The translations under genes and the position numbers were made by a program. Below the pieces are notes generated by a model, which had not been told where the DNA came from, ran no database searches, and saw only the letters and a program-made list of their open reading frames with translations. A stretch of 64,000 nucleotides of DNA, taken from assembly GCA_973895155.1 (NCBI GenBank), contig OZ316891.1:10231875-10295874 (forward strand), in the 5' to 3' direction. Below, piece by piece: positions 1-12,900 of this stretch. Source of the DNA: Marsupella aquatica. Its lineage: Eukaryota > Plantae > Marchantiophyta. Positions within the stretch are counted from its first letter, which is position 1, and every line of letters begins with the position of its first letter.

Positions 1-2467
1 GGCCATAGCAATTACAACAACTGATCTTGTCAGTAAAAGTGTTGCCATCCAAACTCTGGTAAGTTTCTTTTACATGATTAGATAAGGCATGTGCATGGGC
101 CTCTTTAGGCGCCACTGTCCATGACAAAACCTGGATCCACCAGGTTCCACCATTTTTAGTACCTTTTTCCTGAAAATGTGGAGCAAAGTCTAACCCTAGA
201 GGAGAAGAATGTGAAAAAGGGAGTAGCCTTGGACACTTCTCCTTTTATATGGCCAGTGGTGGTTTAAAGTCAATCACACTTAATCAGCATCGTTAAATTT
301 ACCCGATCAATTGATGTGGATAACAAAGCTTAAGGGGATCGTATTAGGATGTGGGCAATGGATGAATAATCCAGGGCCTATATGACCTTGCTCTGATTTT
401 TCTCTGTTTACCCGTTCAAAATGAACAACTGGAGTCTTATTCTATTTGCGTTGCTTTGAAGGTTGGGAGGACTGAAGTGAAACTGGGAGGAATCGCCAAA
501 GGATCAGGCATGATTCATCCGAACATGGCCACCATGCTCGGAGTAAGATTTCTTTCTGCTCAAGTTTCTCTCTCAAATTAAGACAATTAAGCTAGCTGTG
601 ATTGGTGATCTCTTGCATCCCCTTCAGTTGAAATGCGCATGCGCTGCACCTAATTAGGCATCTAAGTATTTCCTTGATAAGCAGGTAGTAACCACCGATG
701 CACGGGTTACAGCAGATGTATGGCGACCTATGGTCTTAACTGCTGTCAACCGCAGCTTCAATCAGATCACTGTAAGTTCCTTAAATTTGATTTTGGGTTA
801 TTTAGAGCTGATACTCCTGTTATTTACTTCGACATTCTCTTCTGCTTTGTTCTGCACTGGAATTCAACCAAACTGGAGTGTTTGACAGTCGTTGTAATGG
901 AGCACATTGCTAGGTGGATGGTGACACCAGTACCAATGATACTCTTCTGGCTCTAGCTAGCGGGAAAGCTGGTGGACCTTTGATTGACCGCCTTGATAGT
1001 CCAGCTGCCGAACAGTTGCAAAGTGCACTTGATGCGGTATGCTCATTTTGTTCAAATCATTAACATTGTTTGCGGATTGATTTGTAGCGGCATTTGGTCA
1101 TGACGCAATGAGCGCCCCATGATTTTTTAAGCATTTTGGTTAATCTCTGCCAAATAGGTGTAAAGCTAACTATCGAAGCTTGAAACTATGGACCCCATAG
1201 ATACTGACGTGAAGTTACCTTCAGGTTCTTAAAGGACTGGCGAAGTCGATAGCGTGGGATGGAGAAGGTGCGACATGCCTCATAGAGGTGTGTTTATCTT
1301 GCCAGCCCTTCGCACCAGTAAAGCCTTCTTGGGGTTCGAGGAAGTCAACGTTATGCATTCTTCAACGTTTTCCTCATAGAGATTCTGTCGTTCTGGTTAA
1401 TGTTCTTTCTCTTATTAGTCTGCCTGGTAGTATTTTATTTATTTTGACGAGCCCTCCGCTGATTCTGTCCTCTAGGTGAAGGTGACAGGGGCAGAGACGG
1501 AAGCTGCTGCAGCTGCTGTGGCAAAGTCAGTAGCTGCATCGTCTCTCACAAAGGTAAGAGTGAAATGTGCACTTGGTTGTTTCTATTGCTCTGAGCCTTT
1601 GTATGGCTGAGCTAACCCTTCATAGGACCATAATTTACGTGTTTCTGTCACATAGAAGTTTGGGGCTGTCGCAGTTTTGTGAACATATTGTCTCGTCTAG
1701 TATTAAACGGCTGAAACGCTCGTCATGTGACTCAAAGCTTGCATACTTAACTGTCGTATTCTGGTATGTTGTGGAGCGCAGGCTGCTATTTACGGAAGGG
1801 ACCCCAATTGGGGGCGCATTGCCTGTGCAGCGGGCTACTCGGGTGTTCCTTTTGACCCTCTTGAACTCCGGATTCAGCTCGGTGACTTTTTGCTAATGGA
1901 TGCTGGCCAACCGATCGCTTTTGACCGGTATTGTGTACTTCAACACTTGATGTATCTCGGTGCTCAAGATCATTCTGGATCATAGTTGGCTTGTTCTGAT
2001 CAGTTTTTGGCAAAGTTGTTAGATTAGAAGCTAACACTAACATTAGTAAGTATGCTGGGAGGTGCAGAGCGGGTGCAAGCAAATACCTGAGAACGGCTGG
2101 AGAAGTCCATGGCACAGTAGTAATTGACATTGTTATCGGTAAGAAACATATTCTAGGCTCTAATGCATTATTTCATACTTAATGAACAGGAATTCAGTGT
2201 GCTAGTTCTGGATCCATCGGCTTAGATTTTGTACTGTGCACTGGACTACCAATACTTTGAAAATGGGAAGTTGTCCACTTCATTTGCAGATGGTTTTAAG
2301 ATTGTTGATAATGAAACTGTGAACCATAGCCATTACTGCTCTTGAGAGATATCCCGAATTTTAAATTCTGAATTGGTTGTGCAGGTAATGGCCCAGCCCA
2401 AAGTTTTGCTTGGGGATGCGATTTGAGTTATGACTATGTCAAGATAAATGCCGAATACACCACATGA
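1..2467 (+). CDS. argJ: Ornithine acetyltransferase / glutamate N-acetyltransferase (ArgJ family), 5' part outside the window. Exons approx. 1-58, 462-542, 685-771, 914-1036, 1225-1287, 1476-1553, 1782-1927, 2068-2138, 2385-2467
   Basis: Manual splicing at GT-AG sites gives [28 protein letters not shown] (autoproteolytic Thr motif), [37 protein letters not shown] and [18 protein letters not shown], all ArgJ signatures. Confidence 0.96.
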
Positions 2468-2950
2468 AAAGTTCAAAGTTGGCTCATGTTCACACCAGCA
2501 TTAGTTTCAGAGAGTTGTAAAATCGACCATCATCCGATTAGTGGCAGCTAGATCGCTTTAGACCGTTGTTTGCAGCAGTGACACTTGAAACTTAAGAAAG
2601 GTCGAGTAGCTTTCTCCAGAAAGGGTACCGATTTGAGCGAATACTTAATGGGAACTAGGATCTAACGTAGGCATGAAGAGTCTCTCATGAGAGCACGTCC
2701 TAGCTCTGAAAAAGAGTTTGTAAAACACAAAATTCTTTCAGAAGCTGGGCGGAAATTTTGAAGGATATCGATGTCCACAGAAGTATTGAGTACTAGTCAA
2801 TGCAAGTGGTATTGGCTTGACTACCCTTTAAGTACCTTGATAAACATGTCAATGAAACAAATGGGTTTGCCCAATGTGAAAACAAAAAATGCAACTGGCT
2901 TGACTGATGCGGTACGAATCTTATCTGCAGTGTGTTTAGAGAAAGGGTGC

Positions 2951-3127
2951 TCCTGTCCCAAAAGCTTGTTGCACTTATTACATAACACACTAGCTCAAAA
3001 AACTTGTGTGAAGCACAAAAGATGTCTTGCATGAAAGATGTGACTCGGTGCGCCTGTCCCAAAAGCTTGTTGCACTAAATGCATAACACACTAGCTCAAA
3101 ACACTTGTGTGAAGCACAAAAGATGTT
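2951..3127. repeat. Direct duplication of about 75 bp with about 100 bp period
   Basis: CCTGTCCCAAAAGCTTGTTGCACT...CATAACACACTAGCTCAAAA...CTTGTGTGAAGCACAAAAGATGT occurs at about 2952 and 3053. Confidence 0.85.
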
Positions 3128-3569
3128 ACAAAAGATGTCGTGACATTAGAAATGGTATGTCATTTTGTAAAGATGACATTATGCTGTATGAAGATGACAT
3201 TCTGATAAATTATGCAAAACATGATGTCTTTGTTCAAAATGTGAAAGCATAAAAGATTTTGTTGCACAAAGGAATCATTCCACAAAGTGATTTTTGCATT
3301 TATTACATAAATGACATTGTTGCATGTTGTTGAGCAAAAGATGGACTTTAGTAAATATGACTTAGCACAGAAGAAATTACAATGTACCTACTTTGACATT
3401 GTTACAAAATTATCATCATTTTAGTTATTGATGTTGTTACAGTATTGTCTTTGCACCCCCTTTCTCAAATAAAAAATAAAAAATTACAGTATTGTTGTTG
3501 TAGAGGGTGAAGGTTAGAGCATGGGGATGTGAGATGGGTGTCACGTGGTCTAACCTTCACCCTTTGGGG

Positions 3570-3590
3570 TTTAGGGTTTAGGGTTTAGGG
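3570..3590 (+). repeat. Short interstitial plant telomere-type repeat (TTTAGGG)3
   Basis: Three exact TTTAGGG units, preceded by a degenerate TTTGGGG. Confidence 0.8.
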
Positions 3591-4199
3591 TGAGCCTGAT
3601 GCCCGTGCATTGAACAAAAGACATCGTGGTGAGTAAAACATGTTGAGGTGAGAAAAAGACGTTGAGAGAAAAAGTGTTGAGGCGAGAAAATTATATCAAG
3701 ATGAGGAAAACATGTTGAGGACAGAAAGATGTCAAGGTGAATCACCTTTTTTTCTCCGCCCCCCCCCCCCCCACACACACACTCTTACTGCCTGCAGGGA
3801 GGAGGGGATTAATAGGGTTTTGGTGGATCAAACTCTTTGGGAAAAGTTGAATTTCACCAAACTGTCACAATTCTTTTATTACATTTTAGTGTGCAATTTT
3901 TCTCATTAGGTCAAAGTACTCGTTTCTCTTCTTCCCCCTCTCTTTGTTTTTCAATTTCCTCATTTTTTAATTATTATCTATTTTGGTTTATTTCCATCAT
4001 TTTATTCCCCTTCTCTCTTTCTCTCCTGATGCCTCAATTTTTATTAGGTCAATGTGCCCTTTTCTTTTCATTTCCCCAATTTTTAATTATTTTTTTGCAT
4101 TTCCCCAAAAAACAGTTCTCTGTTTTTTTCCTTTATTTCTATCCTTTTATTCCCCAACCACTTGACACTTCCTTCCCCTACTTGCTGCTATTGGCTACG

Positions 4200-4653
4200 G
4201 CTTAGTTCTAGTTAACCCTTAGTTAACCCTTGTGGTTTTTAGGGGGAGACCTGGTTTGGTGATTGTCTAGAACTTCCTATGAGGATTCCATATGGTAGCA
4301 TTTAGTCCAGTCCCCAAGACAAGAGTCAAGGGGGAGTTTGTTAGATATTGCTCTAGTCTTGTGACTCATGAGCTAACCACAGTTAGTCTAACTCGGGTTA
4401 GGACTTAGCTAATGTTAGCGGTAGTGCTGGTGTGCATATAGCCAGGGTTGATGCCAAACCCTGGTGGAACTTAGGCTCATTGTTACGGAGCTAGTTGAGA
4501 GATATGAGAGGTCGACCTAGAGTGCAGTAAAGCGCTTGTGTGTTCCCGTGGACGTAGCCTCATGTGGAGGTGAACCACGTATCTCTCTGTGTCAACTATT
4601 GTGGGTTGGATGGTTCATGGGCTTGCTGTTATGAATGTCGTCTATGCTCAACA
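4200..4653 (+). mobile_element. Ty1/Copia 3' end remnant: polypurine tract plus 3' LTR (LTR 4339-4653)
   Basis: AAGGGGGAG PPT immediately before TGTTAGA...CTCAACA (TG..CA termini). The LTR is closely similar to the reverse complement of 14680-15023. The upstream boundary is approximate. Confidence 0.9.
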
Positions 4654-7305
4654 TGAAAGAGAAATTCCTAGAAATACTCCTTAACTAATTTTTCCAGATT
4701 CATTCTTCATAAGTGGACCTCTCTGGATTTAAGGGGCCCCTAGCTAGGTGGGACTGGCTAAGAACTGCCTTAGACATGGCAAATTTTAACCAAAAGTGGC
4801 AAGAAAAACTTACTGGAAATACATGCTTGATAGACCCCAAAATGAAAGCTGTTATTTGATGGCCTTGAGTGATCTGGACTCTTAAACTAAACCATAGTAT
4901 CCCAAACCTCACATGTTTAGTTGGGGTGAAAAATTGGTTTGAGAGTCTATGAAACAAAACCATCTTTTTAAGTGAAATGTAATTTGACAAATTTTAGTGA
5001 ATTCAAAAAACTGAAACCCCTGCGGAACCCAAATTAACTTGTTGCCATCAGATAGCACGTTGGTTTTGGAAAACAATTGTACTTCTGTGGTCAACAGCAA
5101 CATTGTCCATCCGGCTTCCAAGATTCATGTGAGTAGTCTATCTAAACATTAATTAAAAAACAATAATCTGTCGTCACCTTTGCTATTGTGCGTTTGATTG
5201 CCTTTTGGCACATGTCAAGCTCCGAGTGCATTTGGTAAGTACACGAGTTCCTTTTGGGAACGATGAATTGGGAATTTGGGACCGTACCAGACAAGCAGAG
5301 GCTTCCCCGGGTTTCGGAAAGACCCTTGCTGTCAGTAAAGTTTCCACTCAGGAGTGAGCGAAGAAAGTCCTTGGCTCCAGCTTCCCTGCCCTCAAGGATG
5401 GGCAGGCCTCATTGGCTACGTGTCTGGAACGGATAGGGGACTTTGTGCTCGTGTCGGAAAACTGTTTGCGCTATTAGGCATCTGAAGGGGTCTTTAAGTA
5501 CGGTACCTCTGATGTGGCTGCCGTACTTCCATTGTGGGACGGTCCACAATAGACGTAAGTGTTTGCTGGATTTCTGGATTCTAGCACGTGTCGATGCCTC
5601 CTTTAGCAGTTGGCACGCTTGTGTAGCTTACGAGACATTTTGGTGCCAATTGTTTATTTAGGTTTAATTGATTTTTGGGGTGCCAGTTTGTTGGAGCTCA
5701 GAAAAAAAAAACCACGTTGGGATGATTGTAAGAATGAACGGCCAAAGTTAAGAGAGTGGGTCAGATTGTCAAAATGAATAGTGTATTTTATGATTTTAAC
5801 TGAAAGGTGACCCCTTTATAATCATTTTCAAATAGTTTACCTGATGGCTTCTCAATTCCAGATTAGTCTAGATATTCACAAAGTGAGAATTTCATTTTTA
5901 GATGATTTGTTATATTTGACATCTTAGTGTTCATAGAAAATGGAGAGAATGATCTCAAGAAAATATTGCAATTGTCAAAAGGTGTCACAATCTTTCTAAT
6001 CATCAATTGTACGGAAGCAAAGTGGTTTGGAAATACATACCGATTGGGCGGACCTTCCATTGATTTAACATTGCATTGTTGTTGGCAACCTGTGACAGAA
6101 GGCTGTTACTCTGCATAGTTATTTAAGGAGCGGGTAAAACACTTTTCATGGCACAACTTCTCAGTGAATTTTGAGATAGGGATGTTGTGATTAATCAAAC
6201 AGATCCTTTGTCAAAACATGTGTCTAGTGAGCAGCTCAAAATGGAATGAAATGAAGAGCACATTATGGCAAAAGACAAGACAAACAACACTGCCTCATGC
6301 AAGAAAGGATAACAATGCTGTTGTCCCACCTGGAACGGAAGAAACAATGAGGAAATTGCATTACACTTTACGATGAAACTGCACACGGAAAAAAACACTG
6401 CTCCGGAAAGGGACAAAAGAGATGGAGAGTCTTTGATTGGAACTTCCAAGACCTAAACTTCTTCCATGCACATTAAACTCTAACTCAGTTCACTGGTTCC
6501 TGCAAATCTCATTTATTACAACCCTCTAGGTCCCACTCTTAGATGTTGCCAGTCTGCCCATTTGCATGGTAGGTGGTAAGAGAGTGATTTCCAATTTTTA
6601 TAATTATCAAGTCTTTTGTGTGCAAAGGGCACACTCTCCCCTTTGGGATGAGGGTGTGTGCAAGAGCTGGTTGACTCATCAAGCTTGAACCTAGCCTAGA
6701 ACCTCACTTGCTGCAATGAAGATATATAGCTACTACTGGGTTATGCAGGCTTGTTGAGACAATTGTATATAGAGCAAACTTACAATTATGTGGATCAGCG
6801 CACCATAGGTACCATTCAGAAATGTGAGGACATACACCCTTCACCTTCATTAAGGAAGAAAGGCAAGATTGAGGTTCATTATGAGCCTTGCACCCCTTGC
6901 CAAACTTTCTCCTCCAACTGCCTAAGTTGAGGGGCTAAAGGCATGGATTGTACCTTACTTTGAATGGAGTTTGTGTTAAATGGGAAATGGGGGCACCTAT
7001 TGGGTTTCAACTTCGCTACCTGTGCTTCTCCCAATAATAGTAACCCCAATTAGGCAATACACTTTTGAGTGACCAGCTCTACCAACTTCCGACCAAAGTT
7101 GCCTGGGCAGCGGGCAGTCAGAGTTAAACAACTGAACTCACCTCTACCTTACTTTCTACCAAAGTGCAATAACAGGCAATAACGGGCAGCACCCAAATGG
7201 CTGGGCCCAATTTAAATGACTTGCCAATTCAATGAACCCGTTCAGAGTCACTAGACAGAATATGTCCAAAGGGAAGAAGACATTTTTTTTCCCCTCTCTG
7301 AAACT

Positions 7306-7710
7306 TCCTTCAAAGCAGAAAAGAAAAACATATTGCACAGAAAGGGCCAGACCAGGTACAATATAGAGCAAACAGAAGAAGTCCAAAGAGAACAAACCCA
7401 AAAGAAGAAAGTGCAACCCAGGGAAAAATAAGATAAAACATCCTTTAAAGCAGAAAAGAAAAACATATTGCACAGAAAGGGCCAGACCAGGTACAATATA
7501 GAGCAAACAGAAGAAGTCCAAAGAGAACAAACCCAAACGAAGAAAGTGCAACCCAGGGAAAAATAAGATAAAACATCCTTTAAAGCAGAAAAGAAAAACA
7601 TATTGCACAGAAAGGGCCAGACCAGGTACAATATAGAGCAAACAGAAGAAGTCCAAAGAGAACAAACCCAAAAGAAGAAAGTGCAACCCAGGGAAAAATA
7701 AGATAAAACA
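7306..7710. repeat. Three near-identical 135-bp tandem repeats upstream of the AGPase gene
   Basis: AAAGCAGAAAAGAAAAACATATTGCACAG... starts at 7312, 7447 and 7582. The array is flanked by a diverged direct repeat (about 7217-7314 vs 7724-7818). Confidence 0.97.
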
Positions 7711-8357
7711 CTACATTAAATTAATGACTTTCCCATGAACCTCGTTCCGAATTTAGACAGAATATGCCCAAAGGAGGGAACACCCTTTTTCGCCCCCTCT
7801 CTGAAAGTTCCTTTAAAAAGGGGGGAGCAACTTTATCACACGACAGATCCGAAATGCAAAAACAACTCTAGCGCGGCTGTTGGAAGCACTTTCGATTGGA
7901 TTGGAATGCAGGAGTCGATATAATCAGGTGGGTCTTCGAGAGAGGGGGAGGGTGTGCGGCTGGGAGGCTGTGGGAGGTCGAGTGAGGTAGAGTTGTGAAG
8001 CTGGGAGGCCAGGAGAAAACGCTGGGCAACGCAAGCACGGCCTCAAATTGTGATTCTATTCTGGTCCTGTCGGACACTTGTTTCTTCATCATTCTACGCA
8101 TCTTTCGTTCTCTGTCGTCTCGTGGAGTTTCGAGAGGAATTCGTCATAATAATTCTCCTCTCTTCCTCTTTCCATTGTTGGGTTTCTCTTTACGCTTACG
8201 CGTGTGAGACGATCCTTGAGGAGGGGGTTACTCTCTCGTCGCGGTAGAACATTTTGTGAAAAGCTAGCTTTCGTTGCGGGTTGGAAAGCATTTCTCGGCG
8301 ACGGTGGTCGGAGGTTTTGTGGATTTGTGTGATTGGCAGCAGACACAGAAATACACA

Positions 8358-9938
8358 ATGGCCATGGCGGCGGGGTCCTCTGCTTTGATGCGGGCTCACT
8401 GTGCCCCTCCTGCAGCGGCTCGTGGTGTTGCTGAGAGAGAGCTTGCTGCAAGCAGGATGATGAGCAGCTGCTCTAGGGATTTAGGGTCCTCGGCCTCTGC
8501 ACTCCGTGGGGCGAAGCTGATGTGCAACAACAATCATGGTACCAACAGAAACAGGGCAGGGAAGATGAATTTGGTGGTACCAAGAGCGGTCTCCGATTCT
8601 CCACCTTCAGAGTCATGCCTTGATCCAGACGCAGGAAGGAGTGTCCTGGGCATCATCCTTGGAGGAGGCGCTGGCACCCGGCTGTATCCTCTCACGAAGA
8701 AGAGGGCCAAGCCAGCGGTCCCACTGGGTGCTAATTACCGTCTCATCGACATTCCCGTGAGCAATTGCATCAACAGCAACGTCAACAAGATTTATGTACT
8801 CACGCAATTCAATTCTGCGTCCCTCAATCGCCATCTCTCCCGAGCTTATGCCAGCAACATGGGTGGTTACAAGAATGAAGGTTTTGTGGAGGTCTTGGCT
8901 GCCCAGCAGAGCCCTGAGAACCCTAACTGGTTCCAGGGCACAGCCGATGCCGTGAGGCAGTACTTGTGGCTCTTCGAGGAGCAGCAGGTGCTGGAGTATC
9001 TCATTCTGGCAGGAGACCATCTCTACCGTATGGATTACCAGGATTTCATCAGGAAGCACAGGGAAACTAATGCTGACATCACTGTTGCTGCCCTTCCCAT
9101 GGATGAAGCTCGTGCCACTGCATTCGGCTTGATGAAAATCAATGACAGGGGCCGGATTATTGAGTTCTCCGAGAAACCTGAGGGGGATGAACTGAAGGCC
9201 ATGATGGTGGACACCACAGTGCTTGGTCTTGACAAGGAGAGGGCCAAGGAGCTGCCATACATTGCTAGCATGGGTATCTATGTCGTCAGCAAGGAGGCCA
9301 TGATTAAACTACTGCGTGAGGACTTCCCCGAGGCGAATGACTTTGGCAGCGAGGTCATTCCTGGCGCCACCAAACTCGGAATGAATGTGCAAGCATACCT
9401 GTATGATGGGTACTGGGAAGACATTGGGACCATTGAGGCCTTCTACAATGCCAATTTGGGCATCACCAAGAAGCCCGTCCCAGACTTCAGTTTTTACGAC
9501 AGGACTTCTCCAATCTACACTCAGGCACGATTCTTGCCTCCATCTAGGATGCTGGATGCGGATGTAACCGATAGCGTCATCGGTGAGGGTTGTGTGATTA
9601 AGAACTGCAAGATCTTCCACTCGGTTGTGGGGCTGCGGTCATGGATTGCTGATGGAGCTGTTATTGAAGATGCTCTGCTGATGGGTGCTGACTACTACGA
9701 GACAGACGAGCAGAGGAGCGAGTTGTTGGACACTGGTGGCATCCCCATGGGCATTGGCCGGAACTCCATCATCAAACGTGCGATTGTCGACAAAAATGCT
9801 CGGATTGGGGAGAATGTGAGGATTGTGAACAAGGATGATGTGAAAGAGGCTGCCAGGGAAACTGATGGGTACTTCATCAAGAGTGGGATCGTGACCATCA
9901 TTAAAGATGCTGTTATCCCGAACGGCACTGTGATTTGA
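8358..9938 (+). CDS. APS1: ADP-glucose pyrophosphorylase small subunit, plastid-targeted, single-exon CDS (526 aa from ATG 8358)
   Basis: Ala/Ser/Arg-rich transit-like N-terminus. SCLDPDA carries the redox Cys typical of small subunits. Also [48 protein letters not shown] and the C-terminal [20 protein letters not shown]. The ORF is uninterrupted. Confidence 0.97.
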   Translation: MAMAAGSSALMRAHCAPPAAARGVAERELAASRMMSSCSRDLGSSASALRGAKLMCNNNHGTNRNRAGKMNLVVPRAVSDSPPSESCLDPDAGRSVLGIILGGGAGTRLYPLTKKRAKPAVPLGANYRLIDIPVSNCINSNVNKIYVLTQFNSASLNRHLSRAYASNMGGYKNEGFVEVLAAQQSPENPNWFQGTADAVRQYLWLFEEQQVLEYLILAGDHLYRMDYQDFIRKHRETNADITVAALPMDEARATAFGLMKINDRGRIIEFSEKPEGDELKAMMVDTTVLGLDKERAKELPYIASMGIYVVSKEAMIKLLREDFPEANDFGSEVIPGATKLGMNVQAYLYDGYWEDIGTIEAFYNANLGITKKPVPDFSFYDRTSPIYTQARFLPPSRMLDADVTDSVIGEGCVIKNCKIFHSVVGLRSWIADGAVIEDALLMGADYYETDEQRSELLDTGGIPMGIGRNSIIKRAIVDKNARIGENVRIVNKDDVKEAARETDGYFIKSGIVTIIKDAVIPNGTVI

Positions 9939-12900
9939 GTAAGAGCACCAGGTGATTCTGCCCGTGAGATCTCGAAGTGGACGTGTGCTAAATCTATTCT
10001 CCTCGAGCGAGGGGTGGCAAAGAGATATGAAAACTGCACCACGCCTCTCCCTATCTGCAATAATTTGGAGAAGAGGAGACGAGCTGCTTCTGCTGCTCCG
10101 AAGGAGTGGGCAAGAAGTTGAAAGAGATCGAATCACAGGAGGAACATCTCACCCTATCTCTTTAGTCAGTAGTCAGGGCGACATGCTGACCCCAAGGAAA
10201 TTTTGTTTAGGACTAGAAGTGAGGATGTAGTAGGCAGGGATCCTTCAATCTTCTGTAAATACCAACATTTATGCCTGTCCAGAACAATCACGTTCTGGAG
10301 GAGGCAAAGCTATTATTATATCCGAAGGAGACTACTGTTTCAGGACAGACCTTGCTCAACCGACATATATGCTGTTTGTCCTTGAATCTTTTGTATACTT
10401 GCAAATCTTGGTTGTTGAGGACAGCACTTGAATAGATTTTGCACTGTCCCCGCAATGATCAACCCTTTGTGTTTTCGAGACTATTTTCTTGTGCCTTCTA
10501 CAAATTTCTTTAGTGCAGGTCTCTTTGTTGTTTAAAGCTGCATCGTTGTTTCAGTGACGATTTTTGGTTTCATCACTTTCCGACATCAATCCTCTCTTTT
10601 CACCTTGAAGCCGAAATGTGCTATGAAGGGAGTTTTTTAAGGATAGCACCAATGGTGAGTAGCATATCGCTTCACTTACACAGATATAAGGCGCTCTGGG
10701 TAGCATGAGTGACGCTGTTGTCCGTTATATTAAATTAGGCAGAAAGTTAAAGATCAGGGAACAGAAGAATCACACTCTTGAGATCTTCGCCACTATAACA
10801 GTAGATAGCATGCTGAAGACACATGCTCAGTGAGGCATGATGAGATGGTCACCAATATGTCAAGGTTTCAATTAACGAAGAATTCTACGCCAAATGAAGC
10901 ATCTTTTTCGTTCCATTCTGATCAGGAGTTGCATTGAAAATCGATTGACGACGTATTGTTGCCCTCTATGACGAGTATTTCATGTTTTTCCCAGGAAAGG
11001 CGTCGTGTCGAGATATCTAGTATCAGGACGGCAGATGTTTGGAACAGGGAGCTCCAGTCATTGCGTTACGTCATGAAATTTGTGTTCTTTCTTTCCCTTC
11101 TTGATGGAGCGTGTGTGCATCACGGGGACGTTAAAAACCAAACACTACAATATGCAATCCAACTATTCCTTTCTCATAGTCTAAATCTCATTGTGTCGAG
11201 AAGCCTTCCAGGCCATCAGATTATGGCGTCATTTTTACTAGCCATTGGATGGACCTAACCTCCAGGCCCAACCCTTCACTCTACTTGAAACTTACTCTTC
11301 TTGAAACTCACACATTCCTTGAAATCCATGTCACTCTCCTTGAAGCTCAAACATTCCTTGAAATCCGTTGCCAAGTCGCCGACTCTTCAAATCATGGTGA
11401 CATTTTCCCCTCACCATGAGGTGGACCCTAAACTCAAGGCCCAACCTGTCACTCTCCCTGAAGGACAATCTTTGTAGTTTGGGCATAAGAAGTGACCTAC
11501 TCACCACCGGGTAAACTAATTGAAACCGTCTACAAACAGAGAGGAGTTGGTTTAGAGGCAATATTTCAGTCAAAACTATAAGACTGTTACCTAAGTCGTT
11601 TCAGATGTTGAGAGGTAGAAATCTATCTGGGCTTCACAACAAACCCCTCTGCCAATCTAAGGTTCATTTCCTTGCCATTGAACCTTGAGATTATTTCTGG
11701 GATAGATTTTATGTTAGCTACAAGTATTTATATTATACTAGTATGATTGTATGTGATATTCCAAAATATACAATAAGCTAACCTCTTGAGCAACACTTCT
11801 GCCCCAAGGCATGACTTACAATTGACAATATTGTGCAAGACACTTGCATTAGTCTAGTTCAACATGCATTTTGAGATTTTTGCTTCCTCTCCTATTCAGA
11901 ATTGAGTAACAACACTAGGAAAATAAAATTCAACAATGGATGTCCTAATAGACATTCTGAGTATTGTCTTTGGCATGGAAGCAAATCACGTCAGCAAGCC
12001 TGGGTATCATGGTAGTGACTTGCTAGCAAAAATCTCTATTTGCTAGCATCGTAGAAGCCCTCCTTAGTAGGTCCGTCTAGTAGTTCTTCAATGCTTATAA
12101 TGATTACTCTACCTTTGGCCCATCTGAATCCATTTGCAGGAACCTGTCTCCTGCCATTAAGAGTGGGAGTGAGCAACCCTCACTCCCAAAAACTGGTCCG
12201 TAGAACTGAAATTTTCCAAAAACTCTTCTCTTGAATGGTTGTTGATGTCAACCAATGTACAGTAGACCCCAGAGGACTGATGCAAAGTAGGAGGCACACT
12301 CTTATGCAAAATGACCTTATCCAAACTTGAACCAGTGACATGCTCCTCACATGGTACAGTCAGTTATAATGCTTTGGCTCTACCAGTTTGGAACATGTAG
12401 AATCAACCTCTATAATACAGTTTTCTGCCCATTCCTGGGCTTTGTCTGCTTATGAAAACAAAAAAGGGAAGAACAAATTCTTGATCATCCATTAAAAAGG
12501 AAGATTTTTTAAAATCATCTCATTGTTTCTCCAGTCTCACATGCAATGGCACATAGCAACAGGAAGTGGTACAACATGCCAAGGTACATCCGACCGTCAT
12601 GATGTATAGTGTCCTGACCATAGACACATCGTAAACATGCCACCAAACCATCAAGTCCATGAGATGAAAAATCAAAAGAATGTGTCACAAATATACACAA
12701 ATGATGACATGGTATGTCCATTGTGGAGGTGTAAACCTCTGTATTGAAAACTATCGGGATGCCCAAATAGACCTGGGCATCTAAGGAATCAATGTCTAAC
12801 TCTGTGTATTAAGTGGCAAGCTATGTCTGAAGTGCTTTCATTGCCTTCATAATGATTCACAAAAACCAAACTAACAAGTGAGCAAGACTCTACCTAAGTA

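Noticed and set aside
7156-7686. 176-aa and 126-aa hydrophobic ORFs on the minus strand
   Set aside because: They are translations of the 135-bp (45-codon) tandem repeat, with no start context or homology cue.
7306-7710. Repeat arrays here and at 41290-41751 as possible CRISPR-like arrays
   Set aside because: The units are fully repeated with no unique spacers, there are no cas genes and the context is eukaryotic.
8274-8357. Longer AGPase N-terminus in the ORF track
   Set aside because: It begins at a non-ATG codon. ATG 8358 has good context (ACAATGG) and yields a typical transit peptide.
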